This document shows, in pieces, positions 9,923-20,654 of a stretch of DNA of 64,000 bases. A model generated the notes under the pieces. That model worked only from the letters and a program-made list of their open reading frames with translations, was not told the origin of the DNA and ran no database searches. Made by a program: the position numbers and the translations under genes. The stretch's first letter is position 1. Each line of letters begins with the position of its first letter. Source of the stretch: Methanobacteriota archaeon (GTDB lineage: Archaea > Halobacteriota > Bog-38 > Methanoflorentales > Methanoflorentaceae); NCBI GenBank assembly GCA_963719035.1, contig CAVRAO010000002.1:544001-608000 (forward strand), in the 5' to 3' direction.

Positions 9923-11494
9923 TCAAAGCACGACGGCTTTCGCGACGGATATCCCATCGATCTCTCTGATCTGTGCCAAAACCTGATCTGAAATCGGATC
10001 GTCAAGCGCGAGCACCATCACCGCGCCCCCTCTGACTTTGTCGCGACCTACGTTCATTCCAGCGATATTGATATTGTTGTTACCGAGTAGCGTGCCGACC
10101 TTACCTATGACGCCGGGCTTGTCGATGTGGGACGTTATCAGCATGCAGCCCCTGGTTTCCGCGTCTACGTGATAGTTGCCGATCTTGACGATACGCGGTT
10201 GATCCCCCAGAAAAAGGGTTCCCGACACCGACCAGTCGTCACCCTTGTCGCTGTCTATCCTGACCGTTATTAGACTCTGAAAATCTTCGAGCCGTTCCGT
10301 CTTCGTCTCCGTGATCCTAATGCCCCGCTTCTTGGCAAACATCTGTGCGTTGACAAAATTGACTGGTGACTCCAACACGTGATCGAGCACGCCTTTCAGG
10401 ACTGCTATGGTCAACGGGTGAACATCGCATTGGGCCACCTCACCGACATACGTGACTTCAACGCCCTTAATCTGGCCCTCCACCAGCTGAATACAGAACT
10501 TCCCGAGTTGCTCTGAAAGCGGCATGTAACTCTTGACCGCGCCAAACGTCTCAGGGCGTATCGGAACGTTTACCGCGTTTCGAACTGGTTCACCTTTAAG
10601 GGCGCTCAGCGTCTGTTCCGCGATTGCTACCGAGACGTTGATCTGCGCCTCGACTGTCGAAGCGCCGAGGTGCGGTGTCACGATGCATGTATCTAACGTG
10701 AGAAGTGGACTTCCTATAGGGGGCTCATGTTCGAAGACGTCTAACGCTGCTCCGGCTATCTTGCCGCTTTTGAGACCCTCGAACAGCGCGTCTTCATCAA
10801 TGATGCCACCGCGCGCAACGTTTAAAATGCGGACACCGTCACGCATCTTCGCGATCTCCGGTGCCCCGATTAAGTGATATGTATCCTTCGTCAAGGGGGT
10901 ATGAATGGAGATGAAGTCTGAGTTTGCGAGAACCTCATCAAGCGACGCGATGTCGACGCGAAGCTCCTTTGCACGCTCAACGGTAATGAAAGGATCGTAG
11001 GCAATAACGTTCATCCCGAGAGCGCGCATTCGTTTCGCGACTTCAGCTCCAATGCGCCCGAGCCCGACGACGCCGAGCGTCTTGCCAAAGACCTCGACTC
11101 CGAGAAAACGCGAGCGTTGCCACTCACCGTTTCTCACTGACAGACTTGCCTGCGGGATGCTCCGCGAAAGGGCCATCATCAAGCTTATGGTGTGTTCGGC
11201 TGCTGAGATCATGTTGCCCTCAGGCGCATTAATGACGATGATGCCTTTCGCCGTCGCAGCATCAACGTCTATGTTGTCGACGCCAACGCCCGCCCGCCCT
11301 ATGACTTTAAGATTTGACGCTTCAATGGCGTCTTTCGTGACTTTTGTGGCACTCCTTACGATGAGAGCGTCGTAATCACCAATGATGCGGATAAACTCTT
11401 CCGGCAGAAGATCAGTCTTTACGTCGACGTCGTGTTCTCTTTTTAGGAGATCGACACCTGCCTTCGATACGGGGTCACTTACGAGTATCCTCAT
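9923..11494 (-). CDS. serA: D-3-phosphoglycerate dehydrogenase
   Basis: RAGVGVDNID, GLGRIG, TPHLGAST and a C-terminal ACT domain (DKPGVIG). Confidence 0.96.
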   Translation of the reverse strand: MRILVSDPVSKAGVDLLKREHDVDVKTDLLPEEFIRIIGDYDALIVRSATKVTKDAIEASNLKVIGRAGVGVDNIDVDAATAKGIIVINAPEGNMISAAEHTISLMMALSRSIPQASLSVRNGEWQRSRFLGVEVFGKTLGVVGLGRIGAEVAKRMRALGMNVIAYDPFITVERAKELRVDIASLDEVLANSDFISIHTPLTKDTYHLIGAPEIAKMRDGVRILNVARGGIIDEDALFEGLKSGKIAGAALDVFEHEPPIGSPLLTLDTCIVTPHLGASTVEAQINVSVAIAEQTLSALKGEPVRNAVNVPIRPETFGAVKSYMPLSEQLGKFCIQLVEGQIKGVEVTYVGEVAQCDVHPLTIAVLKGVLDHVLESPVNFVNAQMFAKKRGIRITETKTERLEDFQSLITVRIDSDKGDDWSVSGTLFLGDQPRIVKIGNYHVDAETRGCMLITSHIDKPGVIGKVGTLLGNNNINIAGMNVGRDKVRGGAVMVLALDDPISDQVLAQIREIDGISVAKAVVL

Positions 11495-11639
11495 TACTAC
11501 GATTCCTCGTCAAAAAATTGAAGCGCACAAAGTACGCCAACGCTATTCGAATAGCCTACACGTCAAAAGCGTATTTCTACTTTTTGTTGGAAAGACTTAT
11601 GTAACTACCACCGCAAATAGCAGTCACAAACTGCAAAGG

Positions 11640-13937
11640 ATGCCGAATATGAAAGACAAACCAACTGTCGTCTGGCTAGAGGACGTCCGTATTGAAGACG
11701 TTCCTTCCGTGGGAGGAAAAGGGGCAAGCCTTGGAGAGATGATAAATGCGGAGATTCCAGTGCCGCGCGGTTTCGCTGTCACTGCACAAGCTTTCCGGCG
11801 CTTTTTGGACGAAACGGGCATCGCAAAGCAACTTTTTGCGACACTTCAAGTGAACGTCGACGACGCAAACGAGCTGGCTGCCGCTGCTGAAAAGGCTAAA
11901 AAGCTCATTTTAGCAACAAAAATGCCGCCGAATATGCGCAACGACATCATCACCGCGTACAAAGAGTTGGCAAAAAGAGAGGGCACAGAGCCTTTAGTAG
12001 CCGTGCGATCGAGCGCGACAGCTGAAGATATGCCTGAAGCAAGCTTTGCAGGACAACAGGAAACGTTTCTCAACGTTAAGGGCGCCAACAACGTCGTTGT
12101 CGCGGTTCAAAAATGCTGGGCCTCATTGTACGGAGCGCGGGCCATCTTCTACCGAATCAAGCAAGGATTTGACCATGAGTCCGTGAACATTTCGGCCGTT
12201 GTCCAAAAGATGGTCAACGCTGAAAAATCAGGCGTTATGTTCACATCCAACCCGACAACTGGTGCACCAGAAGCGATCATTGAGGGTTCTTGGGGCCTTG
12301 GCGAAGCCATTGTTTCAGGCTCCGTATCGCCCGATACATTCCTAATCGACAGAAAAACGCGACACATAAAAGCGAACGTCGCTACTAAGAAGATTATGGT
12401 TGTGAAGGATCAAAAAACGGGAGATACAACCACAATGGATGTCCCCGCAGACTTGCAAAACAAACGAGTCCTCAGCGACAGCGAGTTGAAAACGATTCTT
12501 GACCTCGGCGAACTCATCGAAGAGCATTATGAGAGCCCCCAAGATATCGAATGGGCAATCGAAAATGGAGAGGTATTCATCGTCCAATCACGGCCAGTGA
12601 CGACGATCAAGAGTGAGGGGGCAGAGCAAAAAACGGTCGCTGCAAGCGACGCAGAGAGGCTTCTCGAGGGTCTCGGCGCGTCCCCTGGCAAAGTATCGGG
12701 CAAAGTCAAGATCATTAGAAGCGTGGATGAGCTCGACAGAGTCTTAGAGGGAGATATACTCGTTACAGAAATGACCTCCCCAGACATGGTTCCCGCAATG
12801 CAAAGGGCGGCTGCGATCGTGACTGACGAAGGCGGTTTAACGAGCCACGCTGCTATCGTTTCTCGAGAGTTGGGCGTTCCCGCCGTAGTAGGAACCAAAG
12901 AGGCCACAAAAAAGCTTACGGACGGCATGTACGTTACCGTTGACGGTGAAAAGGGCATTATATTCGCTGGAGTGCTCGAGCGGGCTGAGGTGGCTCCGGC
13001 TGCTGGAACGGTCGCTATCGCCGCATCAAAGCCGATTACTGCAACCGAAGTCAAAGTTAACGTTTCGATAGCTGAGGCCACAGAGCGAGCCGTTGCGACG
13101 AGGGCCGATGGCGTTGGACTCTTGCGAGTCGAACACATGATCCTCGGAATGGGCAAACACCCGCACTGGTACATAGCGCACAACAAAAAAGACGAGTTCA
13201 TTAGCGAACTTCAGAAGGGCATTCGAACCGTGGTCGATTCATTCTTCCCGCGTCCCGTGTGGGTTCGCACGCTCGACGCCCCGACCGACGAGTTCCGAGA
13301 AATGGAAGGGGGCGAAGGGGAACCGATCGAGCCAAACCCCATGCTCGGCTGGCGCGGCATACGCCGCGATTTGCGTGACGTTGAAGTCTTCAAGATGCAA
13401 CTTCAGACGTTCAAAAACCTCATTGACGATGGCTACAGCAACATCGGCATCATGCTGCCCCTGGTTCAGCACCAAGACGAAGTCCGACAGGCTAAGCAGA
13501 TTATCGCAGAAATGGGCATTGACTTTGACAAGGTCGACGTTGGTATTATGATAGAGATACCGGCATCCGCCCTCATAATCGAGGACCTTGTCGCCGAAGG
13601 CATCGACTTCGTTTCGTTTGGGACGAATGATCTTACGCAATATACACTTGCAGTCGATCGCAATAACGAGAATGTCGCCTACCTATATAACGAGCAACAT
13701 CCCGCAGTGCTCAAGCTTATAGAATATGTTATTAGGTGCTGCAACAAGGCAGGCGTCGTGACTTCTATCTGCGGACAAGCTGGCTCAAACCCGAAAATGG
13801 CGGATAAACTGGTGCGCATGGGAATTAGCAGTTTATCGTCAAACATAGACGCCGTCGAGCGCGTCAGAGAGGCCGTAGCGCGGACGGAGCAACGCATCAT
13901 GCTCGAGGCCTCACGTGATCTGACGAACGGAGATTAG
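11640..13937 (+). CDS. ppsA: Phosphoenolpyruvate synthase
   Basis: GGKGASLGE, RSSATAED..ASFAGQQ, GGLTSHAAIVSRELG and SFGTNDLTQY; start 11640 or 11649. Confidence 0.95.
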   Translation: MPNMKDKPTVVWLEDVRIEDVPSVGGKGASLGEMINAEIPVPRGFAVTAQAFRRFLDETGIAKQLFATLQVNVDDANELAAAAEKAKKLILATKMPPNMRNDIITAYKELAKREGTEPLVAVRSSATAEDMPEASFAGQQETFLNVKGANNVVVAVQKCWASLYGARAIFYRIKQGFDHESVNISAVVQKMVNAEKSGVMFTSNPTTGAPEAIIEGSWGLGEAIVSGSVSPDTFLIDRKTRHIKANVATKKIMVVKDQKTGDTTTMDVPADLQNKRVLSDSELKTILDLGELIEEHYESPQDIEWAIENGEVFIVQSRPVTTIKSEGAEQKTVAASDAERLLEGLGASPGKVSGKVKIIRSVDELDRVLEGDILVTEMTSPDMVPAMQRAAAIVTDEGGLTSHAAIVSRELGVPAVVGTKEATKKLTDGMYVTVDGEKGIIFAGVLERAEVAPAAGTVAIAASKPITATEVKVNVSIAEATERAVATRADGVGLLRVEHMILGMGKHPHWYIAHNKKDEFISELQKGIRTVVDSFFPRPVWVRTLDAPTDEFREMEGGEGEPIEPNPMLGWRGIRRDLRDVEVFKMQLQTFKNLIDDGYSNIGIMLPLVQHQDEVRQAKQIIAEMGIDFDKVDVGIMIEIPASALIIEDLVAEGIDFVSFGTNDLTQYTLAVDRNNENVAYLYNEQHPAVLKLIEYVIRCCNKAGVVTSICGQAGSNPKMADKLVRMGISSLSSNIDAVERVREAVARTEQRIMLEASRDLTNGD

Positions 13938-13966
13938 TCGCCGCTCCTTCAACTAGTGACTCAGCA

Positions 13967-15046
13967 ATGCACCAGGCTAATGAACTAAAGCGGGTAAATA
14001 GAGGCTACGAAAGAGTTCTTAGCTCTATGTGCACGTACCCGCATCCCGTGGCGGTACGAGCACATATAGATCATATTCACACGAACCTCGGTGATCCGAA
14101 CCTGTTTCCCGAAATTGCCGCGTTCGAACGACGTGCCATTGCTATCCTCGGAGGTTTACTCGGCGCAGCTGACGCCGTCGGTTACATTACCTCCGGTGGA
14201 ACGGAATCGAACATACAAGCAGTTCGAGCGAGCAAGCTAATCTCCAGCACGCAGAAGCCCAACATCATTGTTCCACAGTCGGCACACCAATCGTTTGAGA
14301 AGGCCCGGGATTTTACTGGCGTAGAGGTACGTCAGGCAAGACTCGATGAGCGTTACGCCGTTGACGTTACCGCAGTTGAAGAGCTCGTCGATGAGAACAC
14401 CATTTGTATTGTCGGAATTGCAGGCACGACGGCGCTAGGCGTGATCGATCCGATTCCCGCCCTCGCTCAGGTCGCTTTGGAGAATGACGCTTTTTTGCAC
14501 GTCGATGCGGCTTTTGGGGGCTTCGTTATCCCATTTCTTGAAAAAAAGTACCACTTTGACTTTGCCGTTGAAGGCGTTCGATCAATAGCCATCGATCCAC
14601 ATAAGATGGGTATGAGCACGATACCTTCAGGGGGGCTACTTTTTAAAAGGCCCGGTGACTTCGACGCCCTCAGCACGAACACGTTCTACTCAGTCGAGCG
14701 CTCTATGACCGGCACGAGAGGTGGCGCTTCGGTGGCTGCAACGCTTGCCGTGCTCGAGCATCTTGGGGTCCACGGATATCGAAACGTCGTTCGTGAATGC
14801 ATGCGATTGACGAACCTTTGCGTAGAAGAAGCTGCTGAATTCGGCGTTTATCCAGTAATCTCCCCAGTGATGAATATGATAGCATTCAAGTTGCCACGGT
14901 TACAGCAGCTCGCCCTTCGACTCACCGCGCGCGGCTGGCGGATATCTGTTATGGAGGGCGCACTGCGAATTGTCATAATGCCACATATCAATGAAACGAC
15001 GATTCTTGAGTTTATAAGTGATTTAAAAGAGCTCGTCAAGGATTAG
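13967..15046 (+). CDS. mfnA: L-tyrosine/L-aspartate decarboxylase (PLP)
   Basis: SSMCTYPHP, NLGDP.LFP, TSGGTESN, HVDAAFGG, IDPHKMG. Confidence 0.9.
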   Translation: MHQANELKRVNRGYERVLSSMCTYPHPVAVRAHIDHIHTNLGDPNLFPEIAAFERRAIAILGGLLGAADAVGYITSGGTESNIQAVRASKLISSTQKPNIIVPQSAHQSFEKARDFTGVEVRQARLDERYAVDVTAVEELVDENTICIVGIAGTTALGVIDPIPALAQVALENDAFLHVDAAFGGFVIPFLEKKYHFDFAVEGVRSIAIDPHKMGMSTIPSGGLLFKRPGDFDALSTNTFYSVERSMTGTRGGASVAATLAVLEHLGVHGYRNVVRECMRLTNLCVEEAAEFGVYPVISPVMNMIAFKLPRLQQLALRLTARGWRISVMEGALRIVIMPHINETTILEFISDLKELVKD

Positions 15047-15103
15047 CGGCATCACATTTTTACGCCATCGTCAGAAATCTTTGAAAACTGCCCGTCAGAT
15101 AAC

Positions 15104-16072
15104 ATGGACTTTGAAATTGAGCGAATCATTGAACTAGCGCGGGACAATAGAGCACGCGTGTTGACGCTCCAATTTCCCGAGGGGCTAAAGCGGTATGGCC
15201 CCCAAGTAGCGAAGCGTATAAAGGAACACATCAACGTCAAGGTTCTACTCTCGGGCAATCCGTGCTACGGCGCATGCGATCTGGATTATGAGACAAACGC
15301 TGATCTGCTAGTTCACTTTGGTCATGCAGAAATTCCTGAGCTCGCAGCACACAACGTCTGCTTCGTCGAGGTACGAAGCGAGGTCGACGTTATTCCGACA
15401 GTGAACGATGCACTCGCGCTCATCAACGGACCCCGGGTAGGCATCGTGACTAACGTCCAACACGTCCATACTTTAGACTCGGTTTGCCGTCACCTCGAAT
15501 CAGCCGGGTTACGTTGTTTCATCGGATGCGGGGACGGAAGAGTTAAGTATCGAGGTCAGGTTTTGGGCTGCAACTTTTCGTCCGCGCAGGCGATAGACGT
15601 AGAGGAGTATCTTTACGTCGGAAGCGGCGCCTTCCACGCCGTTGGCGTAGCGCTTGCAACGGGGAAACGGGTCATCGCCGCGGATCCATTCCTACGAAAA
15701 ACTTCAATTGCAGACGTTGACCTCATTATAAAGCAACGGTACGGACTCATTGCGAAGGCAATGGACGCACATACATTTTGCGTGCTTGCTAGCACCAAGA
15801 CAGGCCAGCAAAGGTTTAACCTTGCTTTCGAACTCGTAGAAGAAGCTATAGCACGTGGTTACGACGCGTACACAGTAACAATAAACGAAATAACTCCATG
15901 GACGCTTTACCAGTTCCCTGCAGAAGCATACGTGAACACGGCTTGTCCGCGCGTTTCGATAGATGATTCAGCGCTGTTTAAGGCCCCGATGCTGACGCCC
16001 ACCGAATTCGAAATGATACTCGGAAAACGAGATTTAAGCAAATACACTCTTGACGAGTTTTCCAGCGGCTGA
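15104..16072 (+). CDS. dph2: Diphthamide biosynthesis ACP-histidine synthase
   Basis: LQFPEGLK, PCYGACD, GQVLGC and ACPR (three Fe-S Cys). Confidence 0.93.
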   Translation: MDFEIERIIELARDNRARVLTLQFPEGLKRYGPQVAKRIKEHINVKVLLSGNPCYGACDLDYETNADLLVHFGHAEIPELAAHNVCFVEVRSEVDVIPTVNDALALINGPRVGIVTNVQHVHTLDSVCRHLESAGLRCFIGCGDGRVKYRGQVLGCNFSSAQAIDVEEYLYVGSGAFHAVGVALATGKRVIAADPFLRKTSIADVDLIIKQRYGLIAKAMDAHTFCVLASTKTGQQRFNLAFELVEEAIARGYDAYTVTINEITPWTLYQFPAEAYVNTACPRVSIDDSALFKAPMLTPTEFEMILGKRDLSKYTLDEFSSG

Positions 16073-16114
16073 AGCGGCGCACTTATCTAGCTCTCGACGT
16101 CGCCTGACGACAGC

Positions 16115-17563
16115 TTAAGCGGAAGGAGATTGTAACGGAGGGTTGGTGGCGCGCTCACTTTTCTTCTTCGCGTTAATCGCGAACGCATCGAGTTTCAGTT
16201 GCGTAGCTCGTTCAACAGGTCTCTCGATCGGATACATGCCAGTAAGACAGCCCAAACAGAGCTTTTCGCGGGGTAGATCGATCGAATCGATAAGGCCGGC
16301 GAGGGTGATATACTTAAGTGAGTCAACGCCAATCATTAGTTTTACGCCGTCCACACTTTTCCGGGCGGCAATAAGCTCCCCGTATGTGGGCATGTCGATT
16401 CCAAGATGGCACGGCGAGACGATGGGGGGCGTCCCAATACGCATGTGCACTTCCTCGGCCCCAGCTGCTCGTAGCATGTCGACGATCTTGCGCGACGTCG
16501 TTCCGCGCACAATCGAGTCGTCGATCATCACGACCCGTTTGCCTGCGACGTGCTTCTTAATTACATTTAGTTTGAGCCTTACGGCCGTTTCACGCAAGTC
16601 TTGGCCAGGCATGATAAAGGTCCTACCTACGTAACGGTTCTTTATAAGCCCCTCTGTATACGGCAGCTTTGATTTTTCCGCGTAGCCAACTGCAAAAGCG
16701 ATTCCCGAATCGGGAACTGGGATGACTATGTCAGCCTCTACGTCCCCCTCTGCGAGCGTTTGACCAATCTTTCGCCGCACTTCGTAGATCAGGGAACCAT
16801 CGAGAACCGAGTCTGGGCGAGCAAAGTAGACGTATTCGAACATACAATGCGCCGTTACCGCTTTGTTAACTGCCCGTTGGCTCACGAACCCATCGGGCTT
16901 GAGAACGATGATCTCGCCCGGGCGGACGTCCCTGAGAAGCTCACCCCCAAGCGTGTCAATCGCCGCACTCTCGCTTGACAAGACATAACCATCGTCAAAC
17001 TTGCCAACGCAGAGTGGCTTGATCCCAAAGGGGTCTCGGACGCCGATGACGACATCATTTATAAGCAGCGTAAGGGAGTAAGACCCACGGAGCTTGTTCA
17101 TTAGCTCCTGAACGGCCGTGATAGTGTCGTATCGCATCAGTTCCTTCACCAGAAGGTGCGCGATGACTTCTGTGTCTGAATCTGACACAAATATACGGCC
17201 TTCTGCCTCGAGTCCTTGCCTGATGTCAAAGGAGTTGACGATATCGCCATTATGTGCGATCGCGATGGTGCCGCCCCGGTAGTTAACGAGTGCCGGTTGG
17301 CAGTTTTCTACTTCACTGAGGCCCGTTGTCGAATACCGTACGTGGCCAATGCCGCGCGATCCTTTAAGGTGTCCCAACCGGTGTTCGTCAAACACCTCGT
17401 GAACGAGACCCATCCCGCGCTCAATATGGATTGCAGAGTCGTGTGTCGCAATTCCGGCCGATTCTTGACCGCGATGCTGCAACGCATAAAGCCCGTAATA
17501 GATGGGTAATGCGACATCTTTGGAATCCAAGGCGATTCCGAACACACCGCACTTGTCTTTCAT
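16115..17563 (-). CDS. purF: Amidophosphoribosyltransferase
   Basis: CGVFG, LQHRGQESAG, GHVRYSTTG, DDSIVRGTTS. Confidence 0.96.
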   Translation of the reverse strand: MKDKCGVFGIALDSKDVALPIYYGLYALQHRGQESAGIATHDSAIHIERGMGLVHEVFDEHRLGHLKGSRGIGHVRYSTTGLSEVENCQPALVNYRGGTIAIAHNGDIVNSFDIRQGLEAEGRIFVSDSDTEVIAHLLVKELMRYDTITAVQELMNKLRGSYSLTLLINDVVIGVRDPFGIKPLCVGKFDDGYVLSSESAAIDTLGGELLRDVRPGEIIVLKPDGFVSQRAVNKAVTAHCMFEYVYFARPDSVLDGSLIYEVRRKIGQTLAEGDVEADIVIPVPDSGIAFAVGYAEKSKLPYTEGLIKNRYVGRTFIMPGQDLRETAVRLKLNVIKKHVAGKRVVMIDDSIVRGTTSRKIVDMLRAAGAEEVHMRIGTPPIVSPCHLGIDMPTYGELIAARKSVDGVKLMIGVDSLKYITLAGLIDSIDLPREKLCLGCLTGMYPIERPVERATQLKLDAFAINAKKKSERATNPPLQSPSA

Positions 17564-17588
17564 CGGCTGTCCCTATTTGAAAATATGA

Positions 17589-17753
17589 CTAATACTTGTT
17601 AAGGAAGCTGTAGTTGCGAAGCCTTTTGGAGCGACCAAACCCACAATGGACGCATGTTTTTTTGCGAAAGTTGTATGAGACAGCGCCACAGCGCCTGCAC
17701 ATCACGTGCGTGCGTTTCTGCCGCTTGCCCATTGATGGTGTTCCCTTAGTCAT
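17589..17753 (-). CDS. rpl37e: 50S ribosomal protein L37e (54 aa)
   Basis: Own translation [23 protein letters not shown]...[15 protein letters not shown]; directly downstream of Sm. Confidence 0.96.
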   Translation of the reverse strand: MTKGTPSMGKRQKRTHVMCRRCGAVSYNFRKKTCVHCGFGRSKRLRNYSFLNKY

Positions 17754-17782
17754 TCGGTTGCCTCGCAGAGTGTTGCTTTACG

Positions 17783-18001
17783 TTAAGGCGAGATATACAC
17801 GACGTTGTCGCCGCGAACGACGATGGTGCCAAACTTCTTGATTGCCTCGCCGCCTTTGAGCTCTTCGGCCTTATCAAGAACAAGATTTAGATGAACGTCA
17901 TATCCCTGAAGCTCCCCTCTAAAGTCTCTACCCCCTTTGAGCCTCACGATTACGGGCGTTTCCAAGGATTCATTCAAGATGTCAAGCGGCCTCTGACTCA
18001 A
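17783..18001 (-). CDS. Sm-like archaeal protein (SmAP/Lsm)
   Basis: [32 protein letters not shown]. Confidence 0.95.
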   Translation of the reverse strand: MSQRPLDILNESLETPVIVRLKGGRDFRGELQGYDVHLNLVLDKAEELKGGEAIKKFGTIVVRGDNVVYISP

Positions 18002-18078
18002 TGCACACCTCTTACAAGTAGTTCTTCCCTGATAACATACTTAAGTTTATCTTTGAACCTTGAATAAGATTCGTATAC

Positions 18079-18555
18079 ATGACGACGAAAAAACGGCATT
18101 TCATGAAGGCAGATACGGCGCAGCGCGTTGTAGCTATGCTGAGCACATACGAAACTGAGAACGCGCTCAAGGGCAAGCTCGAAGTGCTCGAAACGTCTGA
18201 TCATACGCTTATTCTTCTAAACGGAGTGCCAGTAGCCCTCTGCATCGACAAAATGCCCTTTTTCACTGTACGAGGAGCGATTGAACTCAACCCGCAACGG
18301 AACCTTGTCACCGTTGATATGGGCGCTGTGCGGTTCATACGAAACGGAGCGGATGTGATGAGCCCTGGCATCGTCGATGCCGACGAAAGCATAACGCCAG
18401 GTGATTTCGTTGTCATTATTGACGAGAGGCACAAAAAACCACTTGGCATCGGAACGGCGCTTATAACTGGTATTGAGATGGTTCACGAAACAAAGGGCAA
18501 AGCTGTGCGGATCGTGCACCACGTAGGCGATAAAATTTGGCACGTTTCGCTATAA
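18079..18555 (+). CDS. PUA-domain RNA-binding protein (MCTS1/Tma20-like)
   Basis: VDMGAVRFIRNGADVMSPGI and KGKAV...HHVGDKIW. Confidence 0.9.
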   Translation: MTTKKRHFMKADTAQRVVAMLSTYETENALKGKLEVLETSDHTLILLNGVPVALCIDKMPFFTVRGAIELNPQRNLVTVDMGAVRFIRNGADVMSPGIVDADESITPGDFVVIIDERHKKPLGIGTALITGIEMVHETKGKAVRIVHHVGDKIWHVSL

Positions 18556-18721
18556 TCGCACTTGTAAAAAGATGACGCAATGCCTTCATTAACAAAGAAG
18601 CGAGCATCGCCCCAATAATGACAGCGCTACGTGCCGCTTCAATCTACATGACCAAAGCACGAAAACTATAAGATGCCCATTGCGTAATAGATTAAGAGTC
18701 GATTGTAGGTGAGAGTTCCAA

Positions 18722-19102
18722 ATGGCGCAAAAAAGTTTGATTGATAGAATTTTTGGAAGCCGTCCGCATGCTGAACCTGATGAATATCTGGAGCTGGATC
18801 TCGGCGAGTATGAAGAAGTAGTCGAAGAAGAGCCCGCAGGAACGTTTGTCAAGGTCGCAGAGTTAATTAACGTCAGCAGTCTCACATCGCTGAAAGACGA
18901 GGTTTACAAAGGCAATATCGTTATCATTGACATAGCTCACATAAAGCAGGACCGCGTCACCCTTGATAGAGTAGTCAAGGAACTACGACAAGTTGCAACG
19001 GACATTCATGGAGATATTGCCGGACTCGGAGAAGATCAGATTGTTGTGACCCCGATGTCGATAAAGATAGACCGCAAAAAGCTCGGGGCAAGCGCTTACT
19101 AA
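18722..19102 (+). CDS. sepF: Cell division protein SepF
   Basis: EYLELDL, VYKGNIVIIDI, GDIAGLGEDQIVVTP. Confidence 0.9.
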   Translation: MAQKSLIDRIFGSRPHAEPDEYLELDLGEYEEVVEEEPAGTFVKVAELINVSSLTSLKDEVYKGNIVIIDIAHIKQDRVTLDRVVKELRQVATDIHGDIAGLGEDQIVVTPMSIKIDRKKLGASAY

Positions 19103-19141
19103 TATTGCAAGTTCGCCCAATACCAAGCACATTTTTTTGTC

Positions 19142-19723
19142 ATGACGCACAAAGCAGCCATCGACAGTACGTGCCCTCTATGCGCAGACGTTCTCACCTT
19201 CAAGTTCAACACTGATGACATTCCTTTTTTTGGCGAAATCATGCTCGTGAGCGCGAATTGTTCGTGTGGCTTCAAGTACGCTGATACGATAACACTCAAT
19301 GAGCGCGAACCTGCTCGATATCAAATAGAATTCGATAGCAGTGACTTCACAACGCGAGTAATCAGATCCTCATCAGGCACCGTTCAGATTCCAGAAATTG
19401 GCGTAATCATTGAACCGGGTTCGGCTTCTGAAGCATTTGTTTCCAATGTCGAGGGAGTCCTCTGCAGAGTAGAAGAGGTGATCGCCATGGCTACGAAATG
19501 GTCGTCGAATGATCCGCGAAAAACAGAGCTGGGAAATCAACTCCTTGAAATGATCGACGCGGTACGAAAGGGCAAAAGCACAATGACCCTCGTGATCGAC
19601 GATCCATTTGGCAACAGTGCAATTATTTCGCCGCGAGCGCAGCGCCGAACACTCTCAGAAAGCGAAGCATGCACGCTTAAAACCGGGATATTGACTGTCG
19701 ACGTTTCCGAGAAAGTCAGCTAG
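19142..19723 (+). CDS. ZPR1-related zinc finger protein
   Basis: CPLC, IPFFGE, CSCGFK, VIRSSSG.V.IPE.G, SNVEG, DPFGNS. Confidence 0.92.
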   Translation: MTHKAAIDSTCPLCADVLTFKFNTDDIPFFGEIMLVSANCSCGFKYADTITLNEREPARYQIEFDSSDFTTRVIRSSSGTVQIPEIGVIIEPGSASEAFVSNVEGVLCRVEEVIAMATKWSSNDPRKTELGNQLLEMIDAVRKGKSTMTLVIDDPFGNSAIISPRAQRRTLSESEACTLKTGILTVDVSEKVS

Positions 19724-20017
19724 ATGCACCGCCTCAAAGCATAAGCTGCGACGTTCGAAGATCGTGCTCGTTTAGGCTGTGAACTGAGGATAAATTTAAG
19801 CGCAGATAACGTTGTCGCCGTTGTGAGGTTAGTTTTTTGCCTTTTTGCGGTCTTTTGCCGTTCAAATGTTGAGAGAAGGCAGTCTTTTAAGGACTGATTC
19901 GCCGTCGCATAGAAATTTAATTGAAGTCACCAGTTCTGTCAGAACAGATACACTAGAAGGCTTACCAAACTTAGATATATAATTATTTCTTGTATTTCGA
20001 AGCACTGAGGCAAAACA

Positions 20018-20602
20018 ATGCTAAAAACGGTAGAAAATCTTGCAAAAGCCTTTGCGGGCGAAAGTATGGCGCGAAATATGTACATATCCTTCGCAAAAAT
20101 AGCTAAAAAAGAGGGATTTGAACAGATCGCAGCGGCGTTGCAGTTAACGGCCGATAATGAACGAGAGCACGCGAGTTGGACTTCCAAACTTATCAACGCG
20201 CTTAACGCAGGCACAACTGAAAAACTTGATGAAATAAAAATCGACGCCACCGTTTCGACATCGCTGGGCAACACCGCAGCGAATCTCAAAGCAGCGATCA
20301 AGGGTGAGCTTCACGAAGCTACGACGATGTATCCAGAATTCGCTGACGTGGCCGACAGCGAAGGATTGCCCGAGGTTGCTAAGAGGCTACGGGCTATTGG
20401 TGTTGCTGAAGCGCACCACGCAGACAATTACGAGAAAATGCTCGCCCAGGTTGAAGCGGGTACCTTTTTCAAGAAAGACCGGGAGGTTGAGTGGGTCTGC
20501 AGAGAATGCGGTTACGTGCACTTCGGCGAAGAACCTCCAGAGAAGTGTCCCGCTTGCGATCACGACCGAGCTTATTACCAGATTAAGTGCGAAGAGTACT
20601 AG
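20018..20602 (+). CDS. rbr: Rubrerythrin
   Basis: AFAGESMARNMY, NEREHA and AEAHHA di-iron motifs; C-terminal CRECG...CPAC. Confidence 0.93.
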   Translation: MLKTVENLAKAFAGESMARNMYISFAKIAKKEGFEQIAAALQLTADNEREHASWTSKLINALNAGTTEKLDEIKIDATVSTSLGNTAANLKAAIKGELHEATTMYPEFADVADSEGLPEVAKRLRAIGVAEAHHADNYEKMLAQVEAGTFFKKDREVEWVCRECGYVHFGEEPPEKCPACDHDRAYYQIKCEEY

Positions 20603-20654
20603 CTGAGCGAAAATCTGAGAGATGCAGGCCTCGTATGCTATTGTGCTCGATGTG

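Noticed and set aside
11382-11639. N-terminal extension of ppsA
   Set aside because: It overlaps serA on the opposite strand; homology begins at about 11640.
19965-19995. PerR/Fur-like box upstream of rubrerythrin (AGATATATAATTATTTCT)
   Set aside because: Imperfect palindrome, indistinguishable from an AT-rich TATA region.
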